Assembly (NCBI GenBank): GCA_019347945.1 | Contig: JAHWKK010000001.1 | Coordinates: 67,299 to 131,298, forward strand | Length of the DNA: 64,000 nt | Origin: Acidobacteriota bacterium | Lineage (GTDB): Bacteria > Acidobacteriota > Thermoanaerobaculia > Gp7-AA8 > JAHWKK01 | Direction of reading: 5' to 3' | Part shown: in pieces, positions 35,295 through 45,580 of the stretch | Layout of the letters: each line of letters begins with the position of its first letter | Position numbering within the stretch: position 1 is the first letter of the stretch | Program-made: the position numbers and the translations under genes | The notes under the pieces: generated by a model | What the model was told of the DNA's origin: nothing | The model's database searches: none | The model's input: only the letters and a program-made list of their open reading frames with translations

Positions 35295-36590
35295 ATGTCG
35301 CTGCTCAGAAAGAGGTTCCTCATTCGCACGCTCGCTGCCTCACTCGCCATGTTGATCCTGCTCGGCGGTTGCGCGATCTCCGATCGCACTCGCCGCAATC
35401 TGGTTGCGGAGATTGCGAGTCATCTGCCACCTCCGCAGCGGCCGCTCGTCATCGTCCCCGGCTTCGGTCAGTCGAGGCTCTGGAACCCCGAGACGAGCGA
35501 GTTTGTCTGGGGGACTGCCCACTCCACGATCGTGCGCGGTTACGAGGAAGACCTCGATCTTCCACTCGTATCGACCGCGCTGGAAATGCCGATGGATGCC
35601 CTCGAACCCAACGGGTACACGGGAAAGTGGGGCCCGGTCGATTTTGCCTGGAATCTGGCCAAGCCGCTCGTCTCTCACGGAGGTTACAGTCTCGAGCCGG
35701 GACTGCGCTCGGTCTACTTCTTCGAGTACGACTGGCGCCTCGGAACCGATCACAACGCGAAACGGCTGGATGCGTATCTCGACGAGATCCGGCTCGATCT
35801 CGGCCAGCCCACGCTTCGATTCGACGTCCTCGGCCATTCGCTCGGCGCGATGGTCGTGACTACGTGGCTCGCCATGGGGGATTCCGGCGTCGATCAGCCG
35901 GAGCTGTGGGAGGAGGGATCGAGGCGCGCCCGGGAGAAGACTGAAAAAGTCGTGCTGATCGCCAATCCCTCGGCCGGAGTGACCGAGTCCATCCGTTTCC
36001 TCGCGCGCGGTGAGAAGTTCCTCAGACGCGAGATCGACCCTGCAACGGTCGCCACCTTCCCGGTCATCTACGAGCTGCTCCCCGACGAGGATGACCTCTT
36101 CGTCCGGTGGGACCGGCGCGTCGTGCGGGCAGCTCCCGGGTCGGACCGCTTCTGGGAGATCCTCGGCATCGGCACCGACGACCCGGAGATCCGCCGCAGC
36201 CGGCAGATTCTCCTCCAACGCGGACGCGAGATCCGGAAGGCGCAGCGAATGTATCCCCCCGACGCGTCCCGCCTTGTCCAGATCGGAGGCGACTGCGTGC
36301 CAACCCCGCGACGCGTATTCATCCGGGAAAACGGGACGCTGCTCTTTGCCGCTGACGAGCTCGACCCCGTCGAGCTCCAACGGATGAGTGGGCTGGTGTT
36401 CGTTCCCGGAGACGGCAGTGTTTCACGCCAGAATGCCGTTCAATTCGAGTCCGAGAGAGTCATTCTCTGTGACGGTCACCATGCACTCACCAGCGATCCC
36501 GACGTTCACCGAACTCTGCTGCGGACATTTGTTGAAAGCCGGCCTGCGGGCCCCGGAAGCGTTTCCGCCGTCGCCGCTGCCGGCAACTGA
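35295..36590 (+). CDS. Lipoprotein alpha/beta-hydrolase lipase, LCAT/PGAP1-like.
   Basis: The signal peptide and lipobox are MSLLRKRFLIRTLAASLAMLILLGGCA. The nucleophile elbow is GHSLGA. Other conserved segments are PLVIVPGFGQSRL and YFFEYDWRL. Confidence 0.7.
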   Translation: MSLLRKRFLIRTLAASLAMLILLGGCAISDRTRRNLVAEIASHLPPPQRPLVIVPGFGQSRLWNPETSEFVWGTAHSTIVRGYEEDLDLPLVSTALEMPMDALEPNGYTGKWGPVDFAWNLAKPLVSHGGYSLEPGLRSVYFFEYDWRLGTDHNAKRLDAYLDEIRLDLGQPTLRFDVLGHSLGAMVVTTWLAMGDSGVDQPELWEEGSRRAREKTEKVVLIANPSAGVTESIRFLARGEKFLRREIDPATVATFPVIYELLPDEDDLFVRWDRRVVRAAPGSDRFWEILGIGTDDPEIRRSRQILLQRGREIRKAQRMYPPDASRLVQIGGDCVPTPRRVFIRENGTLLFAADELDPVELQRMSGLVFVPGDGSVSRQNAVQFESERVILCDGHHALTSDPDVHRTLLRTFVESRPAGPGSVSAVAAAGN

Positions 36591-36708
36591 CGCCGGAGCC
36601 CGCCCCAGTCACCGATCTCCCGCCTCGACTCGGGCAGCTGCCTGCGTTCGACGGAACCTTTTCGACCTTCCTCGGCCCAATGATAAGATTCGCCATCGGA
36701 TCTGAGAG

Positions 36709-37239
36709 ATGATCCGCGACGAAGGTGCATCAGGGTCGCGGTTGCCTCACCGGGAGGTCGTGTTGTCCGAGAGTTCCAGAAAGAGCTCGATCAGAGTCAC
36801 TGACAGGAGGTTATTCACTCCCGACGGAGATGTGCGCGAGGAGATCGAAGAGGAGATCGAAGCCAGAGAGAGGGAAACTCCCGAAGCAACCGTAAAAAAG
36901 CCCACTCCTCCGGAGGCGTCTTCGGAGCGCCCGACTCCTGGACCGGAAGCCCCGGGGCGAGGGGCGGGAGAAGCCCCACGGGAGGCGGCGGAGGAACCGA
37001 CTCTGTTCATGGCGCTCCTCGACAACTTCGTCGTGAACGCATACGCAGCGATGGGGATGGTCGGCGGACCCTACCAGCAGAGTGAGCCGGATTACCGCGC
37101 CGCACGCCAGATGATCGACATTCTCGAGATGCTCGAAAAGAAGACGAAGGGGAATCTCGAACCGGCCGAGGAGAAGTACCTCCGCACTCACCTCGGGGAT
37201 CTGAAGCTCGCATTCGTCAGGAAGAACAAATCGATCTGA
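36709..37239 (+). CDS. DUF1844-like protein.
   Basis: The C-terminal block is PTLFMALLDNFVVNAYAAMGMV. The N-terminus is acidic and low-complexity. The start is uncertain. Confidence 0.55.
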   Translation: MIRDEGASGSRLPHREVVLSESSRKSSIRVTDRRLFTPDGDVREEIEEEIEARERETPEATVKKPTPPEASSERPTPGPEAPGRGAGEAPREAAEEPTLFMALLDNFVVNAYAAMGMVGGPYQQSEPDYRAARQMIDILEMLEKKTKGNLEPAEEKYLRTHLGDLKLAFVRKNKSI

Positions 37240-37240
37240 G

Positions 37241-39085
37241 ATGATGCGGAACGACTTCAGATTCATCACCCTCGCAGTGGGAATCATGGCCTTTGCGACG
37301 AGTGTCCTGGGGCAGGTGACCGGACCCGCAATCGGCGAATCGTGGCAGATGGCGACACAGTTTGCTGCGACGGGGGATCTCGAGCAGGCCGAGCAGAGCC
37401 TCGGCGAGGCGATGGCGATGGCTTCGCAGCTCACCATCTTGCGGATGCCCGCCTACGCAAAGGCGGCCGCCGGTCTGGCAATCGAGTCGGAGATGGCCGG
37501 GAGCAGCGACATCGCGGACTGGGCGATCGACGCCGCCTATCGGCTCGATCCGGAGAGCCCGGATGTCGCTTTCGCACATGCGGATCTTCTGCGGATCAGG
37601 TCCGGCCTTGGCGGAGCAATTTCGCCCCTCTCGAGAGGAATCTCGTCGGTTTTCGGCTCCCGCACGGCGTCGACGATCGCGCGCAGCGATTTCCTGGTCT
37701 CGCTCGCGGTCGCGATCCTGCTGATCGGCGCAGGCTTTGGCGTCTCCATGGTCACGCGATACGGTCGCTCGATCATGCACGACTGGCGCGAGAGCCTCTC
37801 GGGCAGAGTCAGCGCCGGTACTGCGACGATCCTGGCATTCGCCCTTCTGTTTCTTCCAGTATTTCTCTGGCTGAATCCCCTCTGGCTGATCCCGTGGTGG
37901 TTCCTGATCTCGATGTCCTACGCCGGAAGGATGGAGAGGATCGCAATCGTCATCGTCCTGATCGGCATCGGGCTCACCCCGCTGTTGATGGCCTGGTCGG
38001 CTTACAAAATCGTCGAATCGCGAAATCCCGTCGTCCGGGCGGTCGAAGCGACCTACGAAGACATCTGGGATCCGGAGATCATGAAAGCCGCTTCCGAGCT
38101 CACGCAGTCGCTGCCGGACGAGGCGCGGATTCAGGTGCTCGCGGGCGACCTCGCGCTGATTGCCGGCGCCGAGAACCAGGCAATGATTCATTTTCAGAGA
38201 GCTGTCGAGCTCGACGATACCCATGCAGGGGCCCATCTCAATATCGGGAACATCCATTTTCTTCATCAGGACTTTCCGGCGGCGACGTTTCGATACGAGC
38301 GTGCGGCCGAGCTCGATCCAGGAATGGCCATTGCGTTTCTCAACAACTCCATCGTGGCTGGTGAGACGTTCCAGTTCGAAAGGCAGTCCGAGCAGATTGC
38401 ACTGGCGAGGGCCGCGAACCGGGAAGTTGCAGACCGGCTGAGGAATCCCAAGCGGAAGGTCTTTCTCTACAGGATTCCGTGGGAAGAGGTTGATGAGCTG
38501 GTCGCTCACGCGCGCGCATCCGACAATCCTCTGTTCGGGAGCTATGCGAGACTCGATGTCACGGCTGCACTGCTGCACCCGGTGGCGCTCGGATCGGCGG
38601 CAGTCCTCGCCATCGGATTGCTCCTCGGGGTGATGCGGAACCGGAAAGGTCTGGCGGGTCAGTGCGTCAAGTGCGGACGGACCTTCTGTTCAAGGTGCAA
38701 GTCCTCCCGCGAAAGCGCGACGTATTGTACCCAGTGCATTCACATTTACATCAAGCGTGACGGAGTCATCGCGGACGCAAAGCGCCGCAAGATGGACGAG
38801 ATCATGAAGTACCATCGCGGCACGGTACGGACGAAAAGCCTGATGTCGGCTTTCATACCCGGATCGGCTTCCGTGGTGGGAGGGCGGCCGTTCCGAGGGC
38901 TGCTTCCGATGTTCCTCTTTGCGCTCGCGGTGGCAATCGCTTTTCTGACTGGAAGGCTCGCCCCGATCGCGACACCCGCAGAAACGATGCAGCAGGTCAT
39001 GCGCTACGCTTTCATTGCTCTCGCGGCCATCGTCTGGCTCGTCGCATTCATCCCGGCGCTTCGCGCGAAAGTGCAGGCAGGCTGA
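37241..39085 (+). CDS. TPR-repeat membrane protein with a C-terminal Cys4 zinc ribbon.
   Basis: TPR-like helices AENQAMIHFQRAVELDDTHAGAHLNIGNIHF occur in the middle. Several TM segments are present. The zinc ribbon is CVKCGRTFCSRCKSS...YCTQC. Confidence 0.65.
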   Translation: MMRNDFRFITLAVGIMAFATSVLGQVTGPAIGESWQMATQFAATGDLEQAEQSLGEAMAMASQLTILRMPAYAKAAAGLAIESEMAGSSDIADWAIDAAYRLDPESPDVAFAHADLLRIRSGLGGAISPLSRGISSVFGSRTASTIARSDFLVSLAVAILLIGAGFGVSMVTRYGRSIMHDWRESLSGRVSAGTATILAFALLFLPVFLWLNPLWLIPWWFLISMSYAGRMERIAIVIVLIGIGLTPLLMAWSAYKIVESRNPVVRAVEATYEDIWDPEIMKAASELTQSLPDEARIQVLAGDLALIAGAENQAMIHFQRAVELDDTHAGAHLNIGNIHFLHQDFPAATFRYERAAELDPGMAIAFLNNSIVAGETFQFERQSEQIALARAANREVADRLRNPKRKVFLYRIPWEEVDELVAHARASDNPLFGSYARLDVTAALLHPVALGSAAVLAIGLLLGVMRNRKGLAGQCVKCGRTFCSRCKSSRESATYCTQCIHIYIKRDGVIADAKRRKMDEIMKYHRGTVRTKSLMSAFIPGSASVVGGRPFRGLLPMFLFALAVAIAFLTGRLAPIATPAETMQQVMRYAFIALAAIVWLVAFIPALRAKVQAG

Positions 39086-40365
39086 TGGCGCTCGAGGGAA
39101 CACTCAAGGATTTCAGTCTCGCCGATATCTTTCAGCTGATCGGCCTTCAGCGGAAGACCGGTGTGCTGCGGCTGACTGGAAGCAGTGACGCGGTCACCGT
39201 GACGTTTCTCGACGGTCAGGTCGTTGCCGCCGATTCGGAGAACAAGCGTATCGAAAACCGCCTTGGCCACGTGCTGGTCAAGAAGGGCAACATTACCGCC
39301 GAGCAGCTCAACCGCGCGCTGGAAATCCAGAAGGAAACTCTCCAGCGGCTCGGCTTCATTCTCGTCAACAACAACTTCATTTCGCGCGACCAGCTTCGAG
39401 AGGCTCTGCAGATGCAGATCCTCGGTACGATCTATCGCCTCTTTCGCTGGCAGGACGGCGAATACCACTTCTCGCAGGAGTCGACCATCGAGTACGACCG
39501 CGAGAACGTCCTGCCGATAACAGCCGAATCGATTCTGATGGAAGGCGCGAGGATGATCGACGAATGGCCGATCATCGAAAAGCGCATCCGCTCGTACGAC
39601 ATGGTGTTCCGCAAGAAGCCGGTCGACCAGCAGATCGTCGTCGTCGACGAAGAGGATGCCGACGAGCTCGATTTCGACATGGGGGATGGGCCTGCCGCGG
39701 CAAACGTGGCCGATGCGGGCGACCAGATCAGAATCACCGCGGAAGAGAAGGCAACTTACGATCTGGTGGACGGCGTTCGGAACGTCGGCGAGATCGTCGA
39801 GATGAGCCGGCTCTCCGAGTTCGACACGAACAAATACCTGTACGAGCTCCTCACCAGAGATCTCATCGAAGAGGCCCGCAAAGTCACGGAGAAGACAGGG
39901 CCGGCGAGAGAGACTGTCGGGCAGACGGCCGCCACCGAGGTCCCGACGGCGCTTTCTCTGCCCCTGATTCTCGTCGTCGCGGGGCTGGCAGCCGCATCAC
40001 TCCTGACGTTCTACAAGAACCCTGTGAACGCGATCGGCCACGAGGTCGTCGCCGAGCTCAAGAAGGCGATCTCGCTCGAGCGAATCGCGAGGCTCGGAAA
40101 CGGGATCGATGCCTGGTCGGCCATTCATGGAACGCCTCCCGATGAGCTCGAGGATCTCGTGCCGGCGTACGTTTCGGATAATCTCCTCCAGGATCCGTGG
40201 GGCCGGACCTACAGCTACCTGTCGAAATCGGCTCCCGTCAGTCAATACATCATCAGCGGCTCCGACGGGGACAACAATACCGATACCGATCTGTTTCTTG
40301 CACGCAATCTGGACGAGGCGCCGACCGAGCAGGTCCAGGCGGGCGGAATCGAGCTCGTCGATTAG
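39085..40365 (+). CDS. DUF4388 domain protein with a C-terminal type-II-secretion GspG-like domain.
   Basis: The N-terminus is GTLKDFSLADIFQLIGLQRKTGVLRL, the DUF4388 signature. A TM segment LILVVAGLAAASLL follows. The C-terminus LQDPWGRTYSYLSKSAPVSQYIISGSDGD matches the T2SS-G C-terminal motif. Confidence 0.65.
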   Translation: MALEGTLKDFSLADIFQLIGLQRKTGVLRLTGSSDAVTVTFLDGQVVAADSENKRIENRLGHVLVKKGNITAEQLNRALEIQKETLQRLGFILVNNNFISRDQLREALQMQILGTIYRLFRWQDGEYHFSQESTIEYDRENVLPITAESILMEGARMIDEWPIIEKRIRSYDMVFRKKPVDQQIVVVDEEDADELDFDMGDGPAAANVADAGDQIRITAEEKATYDLVDGVRNVGEIVEMSRLSEFDTNKYLYELLTRDLIEEARKVTEKTGPARETVGQTAATEVPTALSLPLILVVAGLAAASLLTFYKNPVNAIGHEVVAELKKAISLERIARLGNGIDAWSAIHGTPPDELEDLVPAYVSDNLLQDPWGRTYSYLSKSAPVSQYIISGSDGDNNTDTDLFLARNLDEAPTEQVQAGGIELVD

Positions 40366-40422
40366 AAGTCCCATCCATTCGCCGCGGAGCCCAAAGCTCC
40401 GGCTGGGATATTCTTCGCCGCA

Positions 40423-42207
40423 GTGCGTATGATCGGAGCGAACTGCCGGCTGACGCGGAAACTGGCTGTCGGCATCGCCATTTTCGGGGGTGGACTGATG
40501 GCGTGCGCTTCCTCGACCCAGGATGCCGAACCTCTGACGATCGACGAGAAGATCGGTCAGCTCGTCGTGGTTGCGGCGCAGGGCTCGTTCATGAACGAGA
40601 GCTCGTCTGCGTATCAGCGGCTTCTGAGGCTCGTTCGCGACGAACACGTCGGCGGCATCATCTGGTACGGCGCGGACGTCTACGAGACGGCATGGGTCAA
40701 CGACCGCCTGCAGGCGGCGGCCTCGATTCCTCTTCTCATCAGCGCCGATCTGGAGTCCGGCCTCGGGATGAGGTTCGACCACACGACGTTCTGGCCGTGG
40801 GCGATGGCGATGGCCGCAACCGGAGACCCCGCGCTGGTCGAGATGCAGGGCCGGATCGTCGCGCGGGAAGCGAAGCTCCTCGGGATCAACCACATCCTCG
40901 CTCCCGTCGCCGACGTCAATGGCAACCCCGACAACCCGGTGATCAACGTCAGGAGTTACGGAGAGGATCCGGTCGAGGTCGGCGAGCTCGTCAGCGCGTT
41001 CATTCGAGGAGTGCAGTCGGAAGGCGTGCTCGCGACCGTCAAGCATTTCCCGGGACACGGCGACACGCGGACGGATTCGCATCGCTCGCTTCCCACCTTC
41101 GACGTCGATCGCGACAGGCTCGATCGCGTCGAGCTTCTCCCGTTCCGCGCCGCCATTCGCTCGGGTGTCGGCTCGGTGATGCTCGCTCACCTGTCGATCC
41201 CGGAAGTCGAGCCGGAGAAGCTTCCGCGCGGCCGGCGTGCCGATCCGAATCCCTACGCGGACGACGAAACCGAAGTGAATCCGAATGCGACGCTGCCGGT
41301 CTCCCTTTCCCCCGTCGTCGTCGACGGACTTCTCCGGCGGAGCCTCGGGTTCGACGGTCTGGTGATCACCGATGCGCTCGACATGGGCGGGATCAGCGAT
41401 TACTTCAACGCGGGCGAAGCCGCCGTCCGCGCGATCGAAGCGGGAGCCGACCAGGTTCTGAAGACCGCGGATACGGATCGCTCGCTCCGCGCGCTGAAGG
41501 AAGCCGTCGCGACTGGCCGCATTTCGATGGAGCGGCTCGATCGCTCAGTCGACAGGATTCTCGCCGCGAAACGCCGTGTGGAGATCCACGAGTTCACTCC
41601 GGCCGAGATCTTCCGGGAGGTCGATCGGCCTGAGAACCGGAAGTTTGCGCAGGAGGCCGCCGAGAAAGCGATCACTCTCGTCCGGATGAGCGAGGCGCAC
41701 CTTCCTCTGCGGCCGGAACTGCGAATCGTCCAGGTCACGGTTGGCGACTTCCGCGACGAGCCGGGAGTGCTTTCGACGTTTTCGAGGGCGCTCGACGAGC
41801 GCGTTTCGAGCCCGGTCCGACGTTTCCGCCTCGACCGGACGTCCTCGACTGCCGACACCGACGAGGTGATCGCTGCCGCGGCCGTAGCGGACCTGGTTCT
41901 TTTTACATTCACCGTGCGGACCCGCTCCGGCCAGGGATCGGTGGCGGTTCCGGCTCCCGCTCGCAAGCTCATCGCGACCCTCGCCGGCCGCGATGTCCCG
42001 ATGATTGGGATCTCGTTCGGAAATCCCTACCTCTTGCGCGAGATCCCGGAGCTCGGGACGTACGTCGCGGCTTACGGAGTGCAGCCTGTGATGCAGCTGG
42101 CGGCAGCCAGGGCAATCTTCGGGGAACGGCGGATCGGCGGACGACTTCCGGTCACGATCCCCGGCATCGCGCCCCGGGGGACGGGGCTGACTCTCGAGAA
42201 GCCCTGA
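40423..42207 (+). CDS. Glycoside hydrolase family 3, beta-N-acetylhexosaminidase/beta-glucosidase-like, with a signal peptide.
   Basis: GH3 signatures are KHFPGHGDT, the catalytic nucleophile in GFDGLVITDALDMGG, and AGADQVL. Confidence 0.85.
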   Translation: MRMIGANCRLTRKLAVGIAIFGGGLMACASSTQDAEPLTIDEKIGQLVVVAAQGSFMNESSSAYQRLLRLVRDEHVGGIIWYGADVYETAWVNDRLQAAASIPLLISADLESGLGMRFDHTTFWPWAMAMAATGDPALVEMQGRIVAREAKLLGINHILAPVADVNGNPDNPVINVRSYGEDPVEVGELVSAFIRGVQSEGVLATVKHFPGHGDTRTDSHRSLPTFDVDRDRLDRVELLPFRAAIRSGVGSVMLAHLSIPEVEPEKLPRGRRADPNPYADDETEVNPNATLPVSLSPVVVDGLLRRSLGFDGLVITDALDMGGISDYFNAGEAAVRAIEAGADQVLKTADTDRSLRALKEAVATGRISMERLDRSVDRILAAKRRVEIHEFTPAEIFREVDRPENRKFAQEAAEKAITLVRMSEAHLPLRPELRIVQVTVGDFRDEPGVLSTFSRALDERVSSPVRRFRLDRTSSTADTDEVIAAAAVADLVLFTFTVRTRSGQGSVAVPAPARKLIATLAGRDVPMIGISFGNPYLLREIPELGTYVAAYGVQPVMQLAAARAIFGERRIGGRLPVTIPGIAPRGTGLTLEKP

Positions 42208-42289
42208 GATCGACGGTGGCCAGCGCCGGCAGCTGCGCCGAAGAAGACTTGCCCTCTCCGTCTGTGACACGAATAATGTCCCGATCATC

Positions 42290-43084
42290 ATGGATGCCGG
42301 AGGAGATATGTCGGTCGACTCGCGCGAAGGGCGGCGTTATCAGGTAGAGCTTCAGCACGGAGTAGAGGAATTTGATTTTCGGCAACTGCGCGATCTGATC
42401 CGGAGCGGGATCGTCGGCGCGACGACCTTCGTCGCGGAGGCCGGCGGCGAGGAGTGGAAGATGGCGGCGGATCATGAAGCTCTGCGTCGGTACATCGAAC
42501 TGGCCGGGGCAGCACGCGAAAGCGCGGCCGTGGCGCCTCCATCGGTGAGCGCGAAACGCCTGATCATCTACCTCGCCCTGGGCGGTCTCGTGGCGGGCGC
42601 GATCATGTCGATTCTCGCGCCGATCTGTCTCGTCATCGGGGTTTTCGCCAAGTTCGTGGTCAGCTTCGCCGCTTTCGGTGCGGTGCTCGCACTCGGTATC
42701 AATTCAGCGGTGAGAGAGGAAGATACGCGGCTGATCGGGATCACCGCCGCGTCCTTTGCTGCGGGAGGTCTCGTCGCGTGGCTGATACGCGGGACCGCTC
42801 AGTTCACGGCCATGCATTTCGCGATCATCGGGCTGATTGGCGCGGCCGGCCTTTGCTGGGGCCTCGGTTTCGGGCTCCGTCGCGCCATCCCGGTCGTGGT
42901 CGCCGCGCTGGTCTTCTTTCCGCTCGCAGTTGCGATGCTCGGGAGATTTCTTCCGGAAGGACAGATTTCTCCGATCCTGGCGCTCCTGATTCTGCCGCTA
43001 TCCATCTTCCTCCCATCGATTCCCTTCGCCTTCTTCGGCGGGATTCTGGGCGGGGTGATGGCGATGACCGAGGAGAAAGCGTAA
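42290..43084 (+). CDS. Hypothetical membrane protein with an N-terminal GYF/DUF4339-like domain and about five TM helices.
   Basis: The sequence RYQVELQHGVEEFDFRQLRDLIRSG is followed by hydrophobic helices. Confidence 0.55.
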   Translation: MDAGGDMSVDSREGRRYQVELQHGVEEFDFRQLRDLIRSGIVGATTFVAEAGGEEWKMAADHEALRRYIELAGAARESAAVAPPSVSAKRLIIYLALGGLVAGAIMSILAPICLVIGVFAKFVVSFAAFGAVLALGINSAVREEDTRLIGITAASFAAGGLVAWLIRGTAQFTAMHFAIIGLIGAAGLCWGLGFGLRRAIPVVVAALVFFPLAVAMLGRFLPEGQISPILALLILPLSIFLPSIPFAFFGGILGGVMAMTEEKA

Positions 43085-43106
43085 GGAAAGTGTCCGAACA
43101 ACGCTT

Positions 43107-43502
43107 TCATCGGACGAGCGTGATCTCCGCTTCGTGACCGGATGATGCCGCGAGTCGCGCATCGCAGGTGACCAGAGTCGCGTCGAGAGTCTCCGCCAGA
43201 GCCACGTAGGCGGCGTCATATGCCGTCAGGCTTCGGCGCAGCGCCCAGATTCGTCCCAGGAACAGGTCGTGCGGGTACCGTTCAATGGAAAAGGCGCGGA
43301 AATCGCTGATTGCCTCGAATCCTCTCGCGTCGTCGAGACGCCCGTTGATCTGGTAGCGGCGAAGCACCTGAGTGACCTCGAGATCGATCAGGTGCGGCGC
43401 GTGAAGCGTCTCGTCATCAACGAAGATCAGTGATTCCACCTCCTCTGCCATGGATGTTCGCAGAAGAACTTCGAGAACCGCCGAAGCATCGATGACGATC
43501 AT
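43107..43502 (-). CDS. vapC: PIN-domain toxin VapC.
   Basis: The N-terminus is MIVIDASAVLEVLL. Acidic residues are in PIN positions (D5, E, D...D). The protein is 131 aa. Confidence 0.85.
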   Translation of the reverse strand: MIVIDASAVLEVLLRTSMAEEVESLIFVDDETLHAPHLIDLEVTQVLRRYQINGRLDDARGFEAISDFRAFSIERYPHDLFLGRIWALRRSLTAYDAAYVALAETLDATLVTCDARLAASSGHEAEITLVR

Positions 43503-43717
43503 CGCTCACGTTCTTCTCGAACTGCCTTCGCAGGAGAGACGTCGGTTTGAACGGTTTCTCTTGCCTGAAGGCGCGCCCGCAGATCGCTCTGGGAAGGTCG
43601 ATCTGCAGACTTTCGAATCTCCTCGAGAAGGAAATCGGAGAGTGATCTTCCATCCATGGCTGCTCTGGCCTTCAGTTTTCGATGGAGGCGATCAGGAACA
43701 TTGCGGATCTGAATCAT
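43499..43717 (-). CDS. vapB: Antitoxin VapB, FitA/StbC-like ribbon-helix-helix type.
   Basis: MIQIRNVPDRLHRKLKARAAMDGRSLSDFLLEEI is an RHH fold. It overlaps vapC by 4 nt. The start was chosen at the internal M, residue 19 of the ORF. Confidence 0.7.
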   Translation of the reverse strand: MIQIRNVPDRLHRKLKARAAMDGRSLSDFLLEEIRKSADRPSQSDLRARLQARETVQTDVSPAKAVREERER

Positions 43718-43792
43718 CTTCGACATGCAGAAATTATAATTGCATGTGCTGCACATGTCACGTCGCAACAAAAGGCACGGCCTTTCGGCCGA

Positions 43793-45580
43793 TCAGAGCT
43801 CGATCTGCGCCCCGAGCTCGACGACGCGATTCGGAGGGAGCCTGAAGAAATAAGCAGCCGGCAGCGCGTTGCGCGACATCCAGGCGAAAAGCCGCTCGCG
43901 CCAGATGGCCATGCCCGGCCGCTTCGTGGCGAGGAGGGTCTCCCTGCCGAGAAAATATGAGGTGTTCTCCGGGGCGAAGCTCACCCCTTCGAGCTGGAGG
44001 CTCGCGAGCAGTTCCGGGATGTCGGGATCTTCCATGAACCCGTAACGGGCGGTGATCGCGAAGATCCCCTGGCCGTGATCCACGATTTCCGCCCGATTCT
44101 CCGGCTCGACGTACGGGACTTCCTCGGTCTGAATCGCGAGCAGGACGACTCTCTCGTGGAGGATCTTGTTGTGCTTGATGTTGTGAAGGAGACTCGGCGG
44201 AGTGGAACCGGCGCGCCTGAACATGAAGACCGCGGTTCCCGGAACTCGCGTCAGAGGCATCTTCGCGAGAGACTGCAGGAAGAGATCGAAGGGGAGAGAA
44301 TCCTCACGGAGACGGTCGTCGAGAATTCCACGGCCGCGTTTCCATGTCGTCATCGCGACGAAACAGAGAGCTGCGACGACCAGCGGAAACCAGCCTCCCT
44401 GTGGCACCTTGTAGATGTTCGCACCCCAGAATGCGAGGTCGACGATCAGGAAAACGGCTGCCATGCCGATAACGAGCCCGCGTCTCCACTTCCAGCGCAT
44501 GGCGGCGACGACCGCGAAGAGGATCGTCGTGAGAACCATGTCGCTCGATACCGCGACGCCGTATGCAGCCGCCAGGTTACTCGAGCTCCGGAATCCGAAT
44601 ACCAAACCGATGCAGGCAACCATCAGCACCCAGTTGACGAACGGGATGTATACCTGGCCTATCTCTCTCTCCGAGGTGTGCTCGATGCGGAGCCGGGGCA
44701 TGTATCCGAGCTGGACGGCCTGCCGCGTCAGCGAAAAGGACCCGGAGATCACGGCCTGTGACGCGATCACGGTGGCGGCGGTTGCAATGATCACGAGAGG
44801 GTAGAGAGCCCACTCCGGAGCCATGTTGTAAAAGGGGTTGACCGCCGCGGCCGGATCGCGCAGGAGAAGAGCTCCCTGCCCGAAGTAGTTGATCACGAGC
44901 GCCGGAAGGACGAACGTGAACCACGTCAGCCGGATCGGGCGAGTGCCGAAATGTCCGATGTCCGCGTAGAGCGCCTCGCCACCGGTTGCGACGAGAAAGA
45001 CGGCGCCGAGGATCAGGAAGCCCTTCCATCCGTTGAGCACGAAGAACTGAAACCCGTACCAGGGATTGATTGCCGCGATGATCTCGGGATGGTGGACGAT
45101 CTGGGAGGCACCGAGGACGATCAGAGTCGTGAACCATACGAAGGTGACGGGACCGAAGATCGCGCCGATCCCCGCGGTTCCTCGTTTCTGAGCGAGAAAA
45201 AGCACGATGAGAATCGCGACTGTGATCGGAATGACCCAGGGAGTGAAGAATGGGGTGGCGACCTCGAGACCCTCGATCGCGGAAAGTACGGAGATCGCCG
45301 GGGTGATCATCCCGTCGCCGTAGAGCAGCGAGGCGCCGAAAAGTCCCATCATCACGAGGATGATTCGCCGTGTGCGCGTGGTCTGGTCCATCTTCGCGGG
45401 GCGGATCAGCGACATCAGCGCGATGATGCCTCCCTCGCCGCGGTTGTCCGCCCTGAGAACGAAGATCAGATACTTGATCGAAATGACGATGACCAGCGCC
45501 CAGAGGATCAGCGACAGAACGCCGAAGATGTTCGCCTCGGTCGTGGGAATCGCAAGCGGACCGTGGAAACACTCGCGCAC
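43793..45580 (-). CDS. kup: KUP/HAK/KT-family potassium transporter. The 5' end is disrupted or its start is unresolved.
   Basis: It matches E. coli Kup along its length, for example SIKYLIFVLRADNRGEGGIIALMSL. The conserved N-terminus [28 protein letters not shown] continues upstream of the GTG at 45580. That frame has no ATG, GTG or TTG before it. The only upstream ATGs (MMTRRSG at about 45771) are in another frame. Confidence 0.8.
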   Translation of the reverse strand: MRECFHGPLAIPTTEANIFGVLSLILWALVIVISIKYLIFVLRADNRGEGGIIALMSLIRPAKMDQTTRTRRIILVMMGLFGASLLYGDGMITPAISVLSAIEGLEVATPFFTPWVIPITVAILIVLFLAQKRGTAGIGAIFGPVTFVWFTTLIVLGASQIVHHPEIIAAINPWYGFQFFVLNGWKGFLILGAVFLVATGGEALYADIGHFGTRPIRLTWFTFVLPALVINYFGQGALLLRDPAAAVNPFYNMAPEWALYPLVIIATAATVIASQAVISGSFSLTRQAVQLGYMPRLRIEHTSEREIGQVYIPFVNWVLMVACIGLVFGFRSSSNLAAAYGVAVSSDMVLTTILFAVVAAMRWKWRRGLVIGMAAVFLIVDLAFWGANIYKVPQGGWFPLVVAALCFVAMTTWKRGRGILDDRLREDSLPFDLFLQSLAKMPLTRVPGTAVFMFRRAGSTPPSLLHNIKHNKILHERVVLLAIQTEEVPYVEPENRAEIVDHGQGIFAITARYGFMEDPDIPELLASLQLEGVSFAPENTSYFLGRETLLATKRPGMAIWRERLFAWMSRNALPAAYFFRLPPNRVVELGAQIEL

